Below, piece by piece: positions 1 through 12,900 of a DNA stretch of 64,000 nucleotides (position 1 is its first letter; each line of letters starts with the position of its first letter). The notes under the pieces are model-generated. The model saw only the letters and a program-made list of their open reading frames with translations, was not told the origin of the DNA and did no database searches. Made by a program: the position numbers and the translations under genes. Location: the IMG/VR virus record IMGVR_UViG_3300045988_160394, positions 192,001 through 256,000 of that record; one strand, 5' to 3'. This DNA comes from a virus.

Positions 1-19
1 TTAAAAATAAGTCTTTCAT
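1..19 (-). CDS. N-terminal tip of a CDS continuing past the left edge (MKDLFL...)
   Basis: ATG at 17-19 (minus) lies downstream of AAGGAGG (plus 32-38). Only 6 codons are visible. Confidence 0.35.
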
Positions 20-20
20 A

Positions 21-554
21 TTATTTGTCATCCTCCTTATCTCTATCTATATAGTATTTCTTTATATCCTCTAAAACATTTAAATCCAATCCTAATTGCT
101 CAGGAGTATTAGGAACATTTAATCTATTAGAGAATATAGCTGTTGAAATAGGTCTTCTTATTAGAACTCATTTCTCTAAAGTAGGTTCTCAGCTTTTAAC
201 TAATACTGTACCATTCATTAATAGATTACCTATTATGTTTTGATTCACCATTCTATAATCAGATAATTCTATTAATTGATTATTGAATTTATGTTTATTC
301 ATAACTAAGTCATTAAAGTTATGATCTTCTATTACAGCACTTGAAGTATGAGATAAAGAACTTTGTGTTATATTAGACATATTCTTATCCATTTTAAATT
401 GAGTATATTCATCTATACATAAATTAATATTTCCATCATCTCTAACAATTACAGATGATTTAGATTTAGGATTAACTATACCTGTATCTCCTGAAATATC
501 TACTTTTCCTGTTTTATTTTTTACATCATTGAATAAGTTACTTTTATTACTCAT
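21..554 (-). CDS. hypothetical tail/baseplate-region protein, 177 aa, 2 in-frame TGA (168, 189)
   Basis: Track ORF 189..554 ends at a TGA. The same frame stays open through a second TGA to TAA at 21-23. I translated the whole extension and found no TAA/TAG. Confidence 0.75.
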
Positions 555-563
555 ATTCTCCTC

Positions 564-926
564 CTAAAAACCTAAATTACCTGAAAAAGTAGCAGGACCA
601 GAATGAGTATCATTGTTACTACTTTTTTCAGCAGTCAATCTACTTTTATCAACCAATCCTGTTATTCTTATTACTTTACCTACTTCTTCTATTTCTACAT
701 AGTCTCCAGTTTTAGGGAAGCCCCCTAAGATTCCTCTTAGAGAGCTTTTCTTAACTGGAACATCTTCTTTTATTGTTAATATTCCATCTATATTTTTATA
801 TGATATAGTACAAACATTTCTATCTTCATTAGTATCTAACACTTCTGCTAATTTTTCTTGAGATATATTATATTTGTTATATGGTGCAACAATATTGTCT
901 TTAAAAATGTTTTTCAAATTACTCAC
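564..926 (-). CDS. hypothetical small beta-rich tail/baseplate protein, 120 aa, GTG start
   Basis: Intact ORF with RBS AGAGGTGA before GTG 924-926 and TAG stop. Sits in the tail module. Function not recognisable. Confidence 0.7.
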   Translation of the reverse strand: MSNLKNIFKDNIVAPYNKYNISQEKLAEVLDTNEDRNVCTISYKNIDGILTIKEDVPVKKSSLRGILGGFPKTGDYVEIEEVGKVIRITGLVDKSRLTAEKSSNNDTHSGPATFSGNLGF

Positions 927-938
927 AATATTTCACCT

Positions 939-3900
939 CTATTTTATATTATTTGACTTTAATGGAGCTAACGCCATTATGTTAAATTTTTTTCCGTTCT
1001 TGTTATAACTGAATACACCATCACTATCTTTTATTATATTTGTATCACCAACATATTTATCTAAAACCTCTTTAAATTCATCTGAATTCTTTTTAACTTC
1101 TAATACCATTGAATAACCTGTAGATCTTCATTTACCCTTAGTATCATTTGCTCTTGCTCCACTTTTAAAAAGTATTTTACTATCTTTAATTTCTTCTTCT
1201 GCTAGCATTTTACTTAATAGCCATACTAACTCTTCAGAAACTAAAGGCATATCTATAATATTGTTTTCTATTTTTATAGGTACTGCTTCTGTTCCACTTT
1301 CAAAAGGTATGTTAATAGTTGCTGATGGTTTATCACTATGAGCTATAGAGAATCTTTTAGCCACAATAGCTGCTTTTATATTTGGATCGTTAACTAAGCT
1401 ATTAAGTTTTAATACTTTTGGATTTGTAGCTAATGTCATTGTACTAACATCAAGGATTTCATATTGCTTTAATATATCTTCTGAATAATCGTCGCTTCTT
1501 GGAGTTTTGATTCTAGGCTTAACCATCATTGCATATGATTCTTGGTTATTAGCAGAATATGAAGAAGAAACATTATTATAAATCTCTTGTAGTAATTCTT
1601 CTTCAGTTTTTTCATCTCCAACATCTACTCCTAAATCTTTTCTTCATTCTTGAGATAAATTATCTAATACTCCTTTATCGACGAATTGATCTAATATCCA
1701 ATCCATTACAGGTAAGTCTCCATCTAAGTCTTTTATACTTTTAACAAATTGTAAGACCATTCCTTGTATAGAATCATAACCATCTTTTACTGGCCAGCCA
1801 TATACAGAACCTTTGTGTCCGTTCATTCCAGCTATTAAAGGTTTATTATTTTTCTTCAATGGATAAACATCTATTGCTTGTATTCCTTCTAAAAATCTAG
1901 TAAAGACTTCTTGAGCATTATTAATCATAACATACATAACTGTTTCAATAGCTAAATCTATTAACAGCGTTGCAGGATTTAATTTTATTACTCCTTCAGC
2001 TACAGCTTTTAATGATTTTAATAAAGTTCCACCTCTTAGTTTATCAGCAACTTTAGCAAATTTGGTTACCTTAGCTGCATCATCTAATTCGAATATAGAT
2101 TTAAAGCTTTTAAGAAAGTCTCCTATAGAATCTATTTTTAATGTTTTATTATTAATAGCTTTTAATAGTTCTTCTTCATTTAATATTTTAGCAAGATCTT
2201 TATTTATCTTTTGAGCTTCTCCAAACTCTTTAGCACTCCATTTATCTAATATTGCTCTAGACTCTCTAGATAAAGACTTATATAGATTATTTTCTTTGCT
2301 AGATATTTTTTTAATATCTTCTGCAAATTCATGTAAGTTTAATTTACTATAATCTAAGTGTTTATCTAAATCTATTTTAGTTGATTTAATTTCTTTCAAT
2401 ATTTCTTCTAATTTCTCAGGAGTTATATCACTAGAAACATTACCTACTTTATCTTTTCCAAAAGCTTTCTTAAGAGCTTCTGCATATTCGTCTGCGTCTA
2501 TTCTAGAATAATGTAACAATGCTTCAGCAACATCATCTATCTTATCTAATGATCCTGGTTTAATTTTTGATAAATTGTTTATAGCATTATCTACTCCATT
2601 AAGATTTAAGGATTCTTTATTAGTAAATATGTTTAAACTTTCGAACAATGATTTAGCTGCTGGTCTATCTTTCAAGAATTCTTTCATACCTGTAGCATGA
2701 GATAAGTCTTCTGCTATATCTACTAGTTTTTCTGTTTTACCGTACATATCTTTACTTTTAGCAATTACTCTAGTAAGTTTACCATTAACCATATAAGCGT
2801 TAACTTTGTCGGCTATTGCTAAACCAACTCCAAATCCTAATAGTCCTCCAGCTGTAGATAATAAGTTTTGAGCTGCTACTTCGTATTGGTCCTTATGTCT
2901 TGCAATAACATCAGGCATTATAGAAGTAGTAAATCCTGTATCTATACTCATAGTATGAATAACTGCTTCAACTTCAAATTGTCCCATCATATCTTCATAA
3001 GTATCATGGATATAGATTCTGTCATGTGGTTTTATAGAAGGATCACCAAGTACAGCAACATCTCCTAAATACATATCTTTTACAGCATTCTTTAATGAGT
3101 TAGCAGTAACTCTTAAAGCAGTTGCTTTATTTACTTTATCATCATTAGGATCTGTAGCCCATTCTTCTGATAAATGGTTTGTAACTCCTAAATCAATCCA
3201 TCCATTACCTGCTGCTAATAATCCTGTATCAACAGTCATTGTTTTTTGATATTCAGGATATATATTCATATCTACATATATAGGTCCTACAGTAGATTGT
3301 TCTCTACCTCACCATGGAGATGATGATTGCCACATTCCTATTGCATTAGTTTTTAATTGAGCTTCTGATGCCTTTATAGAGTTATAAACTATATCAGTAT
3401 AAGAATCTATATAATGAAATTGTTGGAATGGCTTTCTTTTTTCTACTACTTTATTATCTACTAGTACGTAGTCATAAGCATAATAATGATTTGGTTTTCC
3501 TAAGAAGATAGTACTTCTAAAGCCGAAATCTCTTATAGCTCCTATATAGTTGATTCCTGCATTAGCAGATAAATGTAATAGATCCCAGAATGTTTTATCT
3601 TGTAATGAAGTATTTAATATTGGTGTTATCTTTTTTAAACTAGGACCATTAGTTACTTCATTAACTCCTTTTAATAAACTTTTATCTGAAACTTCATATA
3701 AGTTTTGCACTACTTCACCTTGTTCAAAAATACTTGTATATTTAGGATCTCCAAAATGAGTAATACCAAATATATTGTCATTAAACCATCTACCATCAGA
3801 GAAATAGTCAACTGCTTTTCTCCATCCTCCACATTTAGCTGTTAATAGTTTGGCTAATAAATCTCTAGGACTTTCTCCTCCTTTAGACCAGTTACCTCTA

Positions 3901-6900
3901 AAATCTTTAAACCATGTTACAGCTGATTGTGCAGCATCTATAGATACAGCTTCTATTTCACCAAAACCACTTAAAGGATTTGTAAGCTCATGTCCATCTC
4001 CTTGAGCAACTATTTGAGCTACTTCTGCTACTTCAACTTCAGCTACTTTTCCATTAAACACTACAGGTAATTTAGAACCGTCTCCTGAGTATCCCATTCT
4101 AACATGTATTCTTATACCTGGTTGTAACATAACTGTATCAGGTAGATTCTTTCTAGCTCTTATTCTTTTTTCTTTATCGAAATAAGCTTTAGGAGAGAAT
4201 ATAGAATCGAACACATCTCTTAATCCATATATATCAGCGTATTGTTGTGTAGTTGTTGAATCAGGTTCCATAGTATATGAATTAAATGTATTATTCATAA
4301 CTAATGTACATGTATCAGCTGCTATCTTTCTAGATTTAACAACGTTAATACTAGATATAGAGTTCATGTTATAGAAGTTGTCATGTAACTTCCAAGAACC
4401 AAATTTTCTACCTTCATCTACAAATACAACATAATAAGTAGGGAATGCTCTTGCCAATCTACCTCTTTTATCATTAACAAGCATATCATAGAATGAATGT
4501 AATATATATGCTCTAGGATCTTCAGCTGATTCTATGAATACATCTTTCATTAATGAGTTCATAACCTTCTGACTAGTAGATGTATAAGCTATAGTCTTTC
4601 CATCATTACTTAATGTCATATTTATTCCACCCATAGCAGATAGGAATTTTACAGCTGATATTTTTGAATCAGATAATCCTTCTCCAGATTCAATATAACC
4701 TGTTAAATTATTTAATGATTCATAATCTCTATATTTAAATAATGTATATAAGTCATTTGCATTTCTAGTTGTAGCTGCTATAAAAGGATATATTAATCTA
4801 GCACAAAAAGCTTGCTGAGATGCTCTGTGTACAGAATTCATTAATTCCTTCATTTCTTTTTGGTCAAAACCTAAAGCTTTTAATCCTCCTGTTACAGTCT
4901 TTACATCACTAAGATTAGGTTTTTTATCAGCATCTTTTCCTTTAAGTTCAGCATTTGAAAAAATCAATAAAGGATTACCCATATATAAAGGGTTTAACAT
5001 TCTACCTAATAAACCACCATCTTCTGGCATATCTGAGAATCCAAAACTTTCATAATAGATATCATTCCAGTCATTTGCTATTATATCTATTTCAGATATT
5101 AAAAGCCCATCTACTATCATCTTTCTTAAATGAAGTAATACATTTCTTAAGAAAGCTTCTGCATTATTTTCTATGCTTGTTAAAATAGCTGTTTTATATT
5201 TCTTTATTTCATCACTATTAGAATCTAACTTATTATAATATGGGTCTAAAAATCCTGCCTGTATCTTTTCATAAGGAGAATCTTTTTCTGATACATATGT
5301 TATATTTGATTCTTTCTGCATCATGTCAGAAATCAATTTAGGATCAGAATATTGTACTATTCTTCACGCTCCAAAAACTGTTCCTGTATCGATTCCTTCT
5401 TTTATACTTAAAGCATAACTAGATTTACCTTCTATTTTATCTGTAATACAATAAGGTAAAAATGATCCTTTATATTCCGAATCTGTTTGATCTTTATTAG
5501 GATATTCAGCTAATGTCATATAATGATTTGGATACCAATCTTCTTCTTCTTTTATTCCACTAGCATATTCTCTATTTCCTGATAAAGCACATCCTGAGGC
5601 AAATAAGAATCCTATCATATATTGAATTGGATTTGCTAACTCAAAAGAACTTTTACCGAAAGAATCAGTTATTGGATGCATTTTAATTGATGTAGCTGTT
5701 GGACATAGTATTTCAATTAATTCTTTACCTTCTCCTTTTGTAAATAAATTGTTTACTGCGTCGCTACAAACTTTTTTATAGTTATTTTTTCTAGTTAAGT
5801 CTTTACTGTTCTTTTCATAATCTATAGGCTTAGATAATATTTTATCTATTAAGTTTATACATTTAGTTCTTCTAGCTTTTATTTCTTCTGCGAAAGCATC
5901 TTTGTTGTCTTCTTTTATTTTTCTAATAGCTTCATCAACACATTTATCAGCTAAAGGAGCTTTCCATCCAGGTATGATTTCTCATCCATCAGTTACGTCA
6001 GTCATAACTAATTTTTTAATAGCCATAGAAAGTCCTAATCTTTCTTCTATTGTTTCTTTCTTATCCTTAGATAAGTTTTTCATGTTTTTCAGTTTAGAAG
6101 AAATTTCTCCTTCGATGTTTTTAATTACATCATAGTAAGAGCTACCTTTTGCATTATCTGCACTTTCTAAAGTTATTCCTGTATAAGCTTCTATTTTTCC
6201 TGTTAGTTCAGCTCCATATACGTCTTTAAATTTAAACATATGAGATGGATCATCTTCTGTTTTGAATAAGTTTTTAGCTAAACCTTCTTTAACCATTTTC
6301 TTTATTACTAAAGATGTATATGGATAAGCATAAACAATATAGAAATCTGGATCTGGATAACTTCTATTTTGACCAGCGTATTTAACATATCTAAATCCTA
6401 ATTTACCTAACTCTTCTAATGAAGGTAAATCTAAATCTGGATATAGTTCTACTTTTGATAAAGCATAATTTAAGTTAAAGTAATTTTTAATAGATAAGCT
6501 AGAACTTCCATTAAAGTCAACTCTTCCACCTTCTGCTTTTACATCCAATCTTCTTAAAGCTTCTCTTTGTCTTTGAGTTCTATCTACAGAAGTTAATCTC
6601 ATAAATATAGAATATACTCCAGGGAAACCTTCCATAGTATCTACTTCTATCATATCTATTAATACTTCAGATACTCCTAACATTGTAGTTAAATCAGATT
6701 TGATTTTAATAGGCCATGCAGGTAAAACTTTTCTATATGTTTTTGCAGTAGCAGATGCTAGATTAGGAAGAGAGTTTAATGCTGAAACTATAGTTATATC
6801 GTCAGTAACTAATTGAAATTCTAATTGTATATCTTGTCCACCTATATATTGAGGACCTTTACCTTCTATAGCTTTTAATGAAACTTCTGTAAAACTGTTA

Positions 6901-9893
6901 GCCATATTAGCCATAACATTAGTACATAGAATATTTGTTACATAAGGTACAAAAGGCATATTAGCTGGATTTTTGTAATCCTTAATATAGAAGTCTATTT
7001 CTTTATTGTATTTGTTTAATGGATCATCATCAGGTAAATCTTGAGGATTATCTTCTTGATTTATTCCATTAATTAAATTCTTTAATGCTGTAACGTCATT
7101 ACTTTTTCTTAATATAAAAGTATTTTTATAATGATCAGATTTTTCATCATCTGAAATATTTAATGTAGCTAATTTAAATATACTATCTTTATTAAATGTC
7201 ATTTCAAATGACACTCTCATACAATCATCTATAAATATTTCATTAGGTTTTAAAGGATTGTTTTTATCGTTCTTACCTAATACTTCTTTTATGTTAGACC
7301 AGTCTTCATTATTTATAGATTCTAAATTTAACTTTAAGCTAAATTCCCATATAAGATGATATATATCATTAGCATCTTTAGTTATTATTTCATTCATTGT
7401 TAAGTCTTTTAAATACTTAGGATTATTAAAGTCCCCTAATAAAGCATTTTGTAAAGGTAATATATAGTTCTTAGTTACACTTGATAAAGCTTTGTCGTTT
7501 GTATCATAAATAAATATTCTAGACTTATCTGTATTACAAATATTCTCTTCTCTTGATCCATCTCCTACAAATAGAGGAGGATTCATCTTTATAAAATGCT
7601 TCTTCTTAACAGCATTACCTATTAAGTTTTCTATTGCTATATTAAACTTTTCATTCTTATAGTTCTCAACTGAATCTAAAGCTAATGCTAATTCACTTAA
7701 TGATTTAACGAATGTTTTAGCATCATCACTTAAATCTATTGAAGAAGTTGGTGTTAATAAGTTTTCATCTCTATCTTTTTTTATTTGAAGAGCATTCGCT
7801 AACCAGTTTTCATCTGGTATATAAAAACTTATTTCTCCTTTATTTACTTTAGGACCGCACTCATACCACCATGGACCAACAGTATTTTTATGAGTATAAT
7901 ATTGTAGATTATACTCATAGCTATTAAATTCCATAAGACTTAAGTTCGTTCCAGCTATTATAGATCTTTGATAGTAATATCTGAATATCTCCCAGTTAAA
8001 ACTTTTTGCGAACATAGGAGGCATTTCTGCTAGTTTTTCATTATCTTCTTTACCTGTATCTTTATCTATAGGTATATCTGGCATATAAACTTTATAGTTA
8101 AATTCTTTTAAAGTTAATATTACTTTTAATAGTCTAGGGAAACCTTCTACGTTTTGAATACTCATATTTGATAAAGCAACAGCTTCTATTCCTAATACAT
8201 CATTTATATAACCGTTCTCTATAGGCAAGAAAGGAGCTATTTTGAATTGGGCTATTAAACTTCTTAAGCCATCCATTTTATATTCAAAAGATGTTCCATT
8301 AGGACTTGTATAAACATAGTCTATTCCATTTATACCAACGTCTTCGTAAAAGTATAATGTTAGTTCTAACATTTGCTCATTATGTCCTTTATGTTTAGCT
8401 TGAGTACCTTTACTTCTCATATTAGGTATTCTTTCATAAGTACATTGAGTAATGTTTCTTATACTTTCTGGCGGTATAAGCATTAAAGTATCTCCTATGA
8501 ATAATGCACAATTTCTAACTTTAGTAAAATCTATTCCTGTTAATTCTTTATGAAGTTTTAATCTATCTTCATAAGATTTTTCTGATATCTTATTGAAACT
8601 ATCTAACCATTCTATATTATTTCTATCATATGACCATAAATTAAATGAATCAGATATTCCTGAACCAATAGCTTGTAATTCTGGAGAGCTATTAAATTTA
8701 GGATTAGCTATAGTTGATTCTGTATTACATAAAACATATTTATTTAAGTTTATCCATTTACCTTCATATTTTACATAAACAACTCCTAGAGATCTTTTAT
8801 AGTTATCCATTCCATATGGTATATAATTATAATTTGTTATAGGAAGGTCTCCATAATACATATCCCATTCTTTAATCATAAAATCGACAGTATCTTTTAA
8901 ATAATAAATGCTGTTAAAAGTTCTATCATCATTATCTGAATTAGTTTTACTTGCTTTAATTCCGTTTGCATTTAAAACTAGAACTATCTCTTCAGATTTT
9001 TCTAAAACTTTTCTAGCAGCTTCTTGAGCTTTATAAGCATCTTTAATAGTGTTAGAAGTAGATTCGTCTTTTTGCCCCATAACAATAAAGTACTTATATC
9101 CATCTTTTTTATTTATATATGGATTAGCACTCATTCTAGTTATTATTTCAGTGTATAAAGTTTTATCTCCACTTTCTCCTACTTTTCATAAAGTTACTTT
9201 GTCGTCATTTTTTCTTTCTGTAACTTTACCACTTTTTCTATCGTAATTTAAGTTTTCATAAGTTATAAGAGTTTTACCATTAATCATCTCTTTCATTTTA
9301 CCGAAGGTTGTTTCTGTTACTCTTTTATCATAGTCTTCTTCTCTGCATAGTTGTACTTCATAGTGAGGTATTTCCATAGAGTCTATACCTAATGCTCTGA
9401 CTTGTATTGATTGTCCTCCACCCATCTTTTTAAAGAAGTCTCTAAAGTTATTGTACTTTACACTTTCAGAACCATTAGTAAACATTATAGGTTGATTACC
9501 ATCATTTATATCTTCTAATCTAAAAGACCATGTATCTCCGTCAAACTTATTTAAATCTCAAGTAGACCCATTTTTATCTATATCAGCTTTATTAGCTTTT
9601 AATACGAAAGCTCCTTCTTCTGAATAATGTCCTGGATTAGTAGAGAACGGTGCTTCTACATAAAAGTATGAATCTAATATTTCTTTATCAGAATATTCAC
9701 CATCTGTATTTTTATCTACGTATTGTTGATAAATTTCTGACATTAAATCTTCTTGCATCATTTCATCCATATCAGGAGTTAAAAACTTTTTAGGATTTAC
9801 AGTATTAAAGTCGCTTCTATTATTAGCCATACTAATATATTTTTCTTTATTCTCTTTTAGTTTTTTTAGTATGTCTTTATTATCTTGACCCAT
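939..9893 (-). CDS. giant tail/baseplate-associated multidomain protein, 2984 aa, 7 in-frame TGA
   Basis: Track fragments 1128..1529, 1644..3269, 3309..5336, 5364..5681, 5982..9134, 9186..9485 and 9558..9893 share one frame. Each is separated by a single TGA. All seven linkers were hand-translated without TAA/TAG, and no internal Met has an RBS. RBS AAAGGAGA precedes ATG 9893; true stop is TAG 939-941. It contains SIQVRALGIDSMEIPHY (staphylococcal-nuclease-like, about 9361-9410) and hub-like segments such as PGIRIHVRMGYSGDGSKLPVVFNGKV. Confidence 0.8.
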
Positions 9894-9917
9894 AGTAGTC
9901 TCCTTTCTATTTATAAT

Positions 9918-9937
9918 AGGTGCAACTTAATGCACCT
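9918..9937 (-). terminator. stem-loop after the RNAP-like giant gene (AGGUGCA/UGCACCU, 7 bp)
   Basis: Perfect 7-bp inverted repeat with a 6-nt loop, 5 nt past the TAA at 9942-9944. It is followed by an AU-rich tract and then the next RBS. Confidence 0.45.
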
Positions 9938-9941
9938 ATCA

Positions 9942-12900
9942 TTAAAAATTCCTATTTATATAATTCTCGATATCTCTATCTGTTACTGGCTGATCTTTTT
10001 TATTTTTTATATTCATGTTTATATTAACAGCTCCACCTACTGTAGCTTCTGCTGCTTTTGCCATGATCTTCTCCATATACTTTCTACCTTTTTTAGTATC
10101 CGCCTTTATATTTATTATATAACCTTGTTGAGTATTCCCTGTCACATAACCGCTATCTTTTTCCATGAATTCAGGAATGCTCATAATTTGTTGTGATTTA
10201 TTTTCTTTGCTAACTTCACTAGCTTGTTTATCATTTAAAGGATTACCAGAAGCATAGCCTCCAATCATTAATCCAGCTGCTAAACCTAATACTGCTTTAC
10301 CCATTCCTCCTACTCTTACATTTTTAACTCCATCAGCTAAAGATTCTGTCATACTTTCAGATAAACGTTTTATTTCTGCGTCATATTGTCCAGAGTTCAT
10401 TAGTTTGTTTTTTGCAATATTACTTTCTTGTTGAGCCATGCTTCTTTGAGCTATTTCATCTAAAGCATTTTGTAAGAAAGCAGGATCTCCATATCCCATT
10501 AAAGCTTGGTGTCTAGTTGCAAAAGTACTAGCTTCTTCAGCAGCTGCTCCAATAGAACCATTATACCAAAGTTTTTCAGTTCTTGCTCCATTTCTTCCAG
10601 TAGCTTCTATAGATGCTTTATAAGATAATGCTAGTTTGTCATGAGACATTTCTTTCATTCTTCCTAAGAATTTTTGTTTCATTGCATTAGCTCCACTTAT
10701 CATAGGGTCAGCTTGTTTTTCTATATTAGCTCTTTCTTCTTTGCTTAATATAAGATGTCCCATATGTTCATATGATTTCTTAAATATATCATCACCATAA
10801 TCATCTAACCAACTGCCTAATTCATTTAATGATTCTGTAGATGCTACTGTTCCTTTATTATTAAAAATATCATTCATTGCTTTTTTGAAGTTTTTAATTC
10901 TATTATCATCATATACTCCACCAGCTAATTTTTTAGAAGAGATTACTCCTTGTTCAGCTGTATCTAAAGCATTCCAAACATAGTTATTAAAAGCTATTTC
11001 TTCAGGAGAAGTATTTCTAAATACATCAGCTAACTTAACAGCATTTAAAGCTTGGTTAACTGAACCTGTTGCAGCTAGTCCTGTTTTAGCCATCATTTCT
11101 TGTGCATACTTATCTACAGACATTCTTTTAATAGCTGTAGCTTCTAATTTACTAAACGTATCATCATCAACATTACCTTTTATAACAGTTAAAGCTTCGT
11201 CTAGTATTTTGCCAGGCTCTGATGCTTTATTTAAATCTATATCAAATTTTTCATCTTTAGTTATGTCTTTAGCCAAACTTAATAAATTAGTTGTATCTTC
11301 ACTTAGCTTATTAAACTCTTTTACAGTAGGCATATGAGCAACAGTTGTAAAAGTCTTTTTACCTAGAATAGATTCTCCGCCTGGAACTAAAACCATGTTA
11401 TCTGGATTAGATAAGTTTTGATTTTTTATAAAATCTTCTTTAATAGTTTTAGCTGCTTTATCTTGCCAATATTTATTATCTGTAACAGCAACACTATACA
11501 TAGCTCTTTCTTGTGCAGCAAAATAATCATATACTTCACCTGACATTAAATTGTTTTCTATTGCATAGTTTCTACCACCATTTTTATTAGCTAATTCATA
11601 TAAAGCTCCATCTACTACTTTCCCATCTTTATCTCTATATTCAATTCTGAATGAAGATAAAGAGTCACCGTCTTGGTCGGCATTAGCTTTTAACATTGTA
11701 GATACAGATATCTTAGTTTGATTACCTTGTAATCTTTTATCTAAGAATACTCTAGTTTGGTTTATAGAATTATTCCTTGTATTTGGATAACGGTCAGTTA
11801 TATCAAAAGTACCATATTCTAATAAGAAATCATCCATTTCACTTTCTGTTTTAAATCCAAACTTCTTTAATGTTTCTGGTTTATAATATCCCATCTTTTC
11901 CATCTGTTCTTTTGATACGTATTTATAATCAAAATAAGCTTCACCATTAGCTTCTCATTCAGCTATTGTTTTACCCATTATTTTAGATTTTTTAGTAAGA
12001 TCATCTCCAACAGTTACATCTATACCTGCCTCTTTAGCTGCCTCTACTAACTCTTTAGTCGTAGTATCAGTTATTAATCCAGATGATTTAAGTCTATAAG
12101 CAGTTGCATTTATTTCTATTTTACTAGCATTATGATGCATACCATTCTTACCAAATATAGAATCTCTTATACCTTCTATAGCTTCTGTTCTATTTCCTAA
12201 AACTCTTTGGAATAGTCTTTCATATTCATCATCTTGTTTCCCAGATAAAGATTCTAATTCTTCTATACTATGTTTAAGCTTATTTAATTTTTGATGTCCT
12301 ACATCTCTAACTTCCTCATCTGCTATTTTCATACCAGTACCAGGGACAGCTAGATATCTATTCTCCTGACCAAACTTTTCACCTAAATCTACAACTATGT
12401 TTCTTTCTACTAAATCATCAACTTTAAAGTTAACATCTTTGATATCAATAACTTCAAAGCCTTTTTGTTTCATATCTTCTAAACTTAAGTTATATCCTCT
12501 ATTAAAGCTATTAGCTTTCATAGCCATTTGTATTTTATATTCTTTTTCTGCACCTTCTACACCTAATTTAATCTTATATTTTTTAGCGTATTCATGAATG
12601 TCTTTTAAATGAGCGTATCTTTCTGTTTTAACCATATTATCTGTTAGTAGTTCATCAGTGTATGGATTAAAGAATTGATCATCTTTAAATTGGTCTAATA
12701 AACCTTTTAATGATTTCTCTCCTATAATATCTTTAGAAAAAGTAACAGTACCATCAGCATTTTCTGTTAAATGATCTTTGAAGGCATGTGAGCTTAACAA
12801 TGTTTTAGTATCTAGTTCTCCATTATTAATCATTTTTTCAATTTGTTCTGCATGAGCTTCTGTCAAGGATACCCTTTCTAATATAGATAATTCTTGGTCT

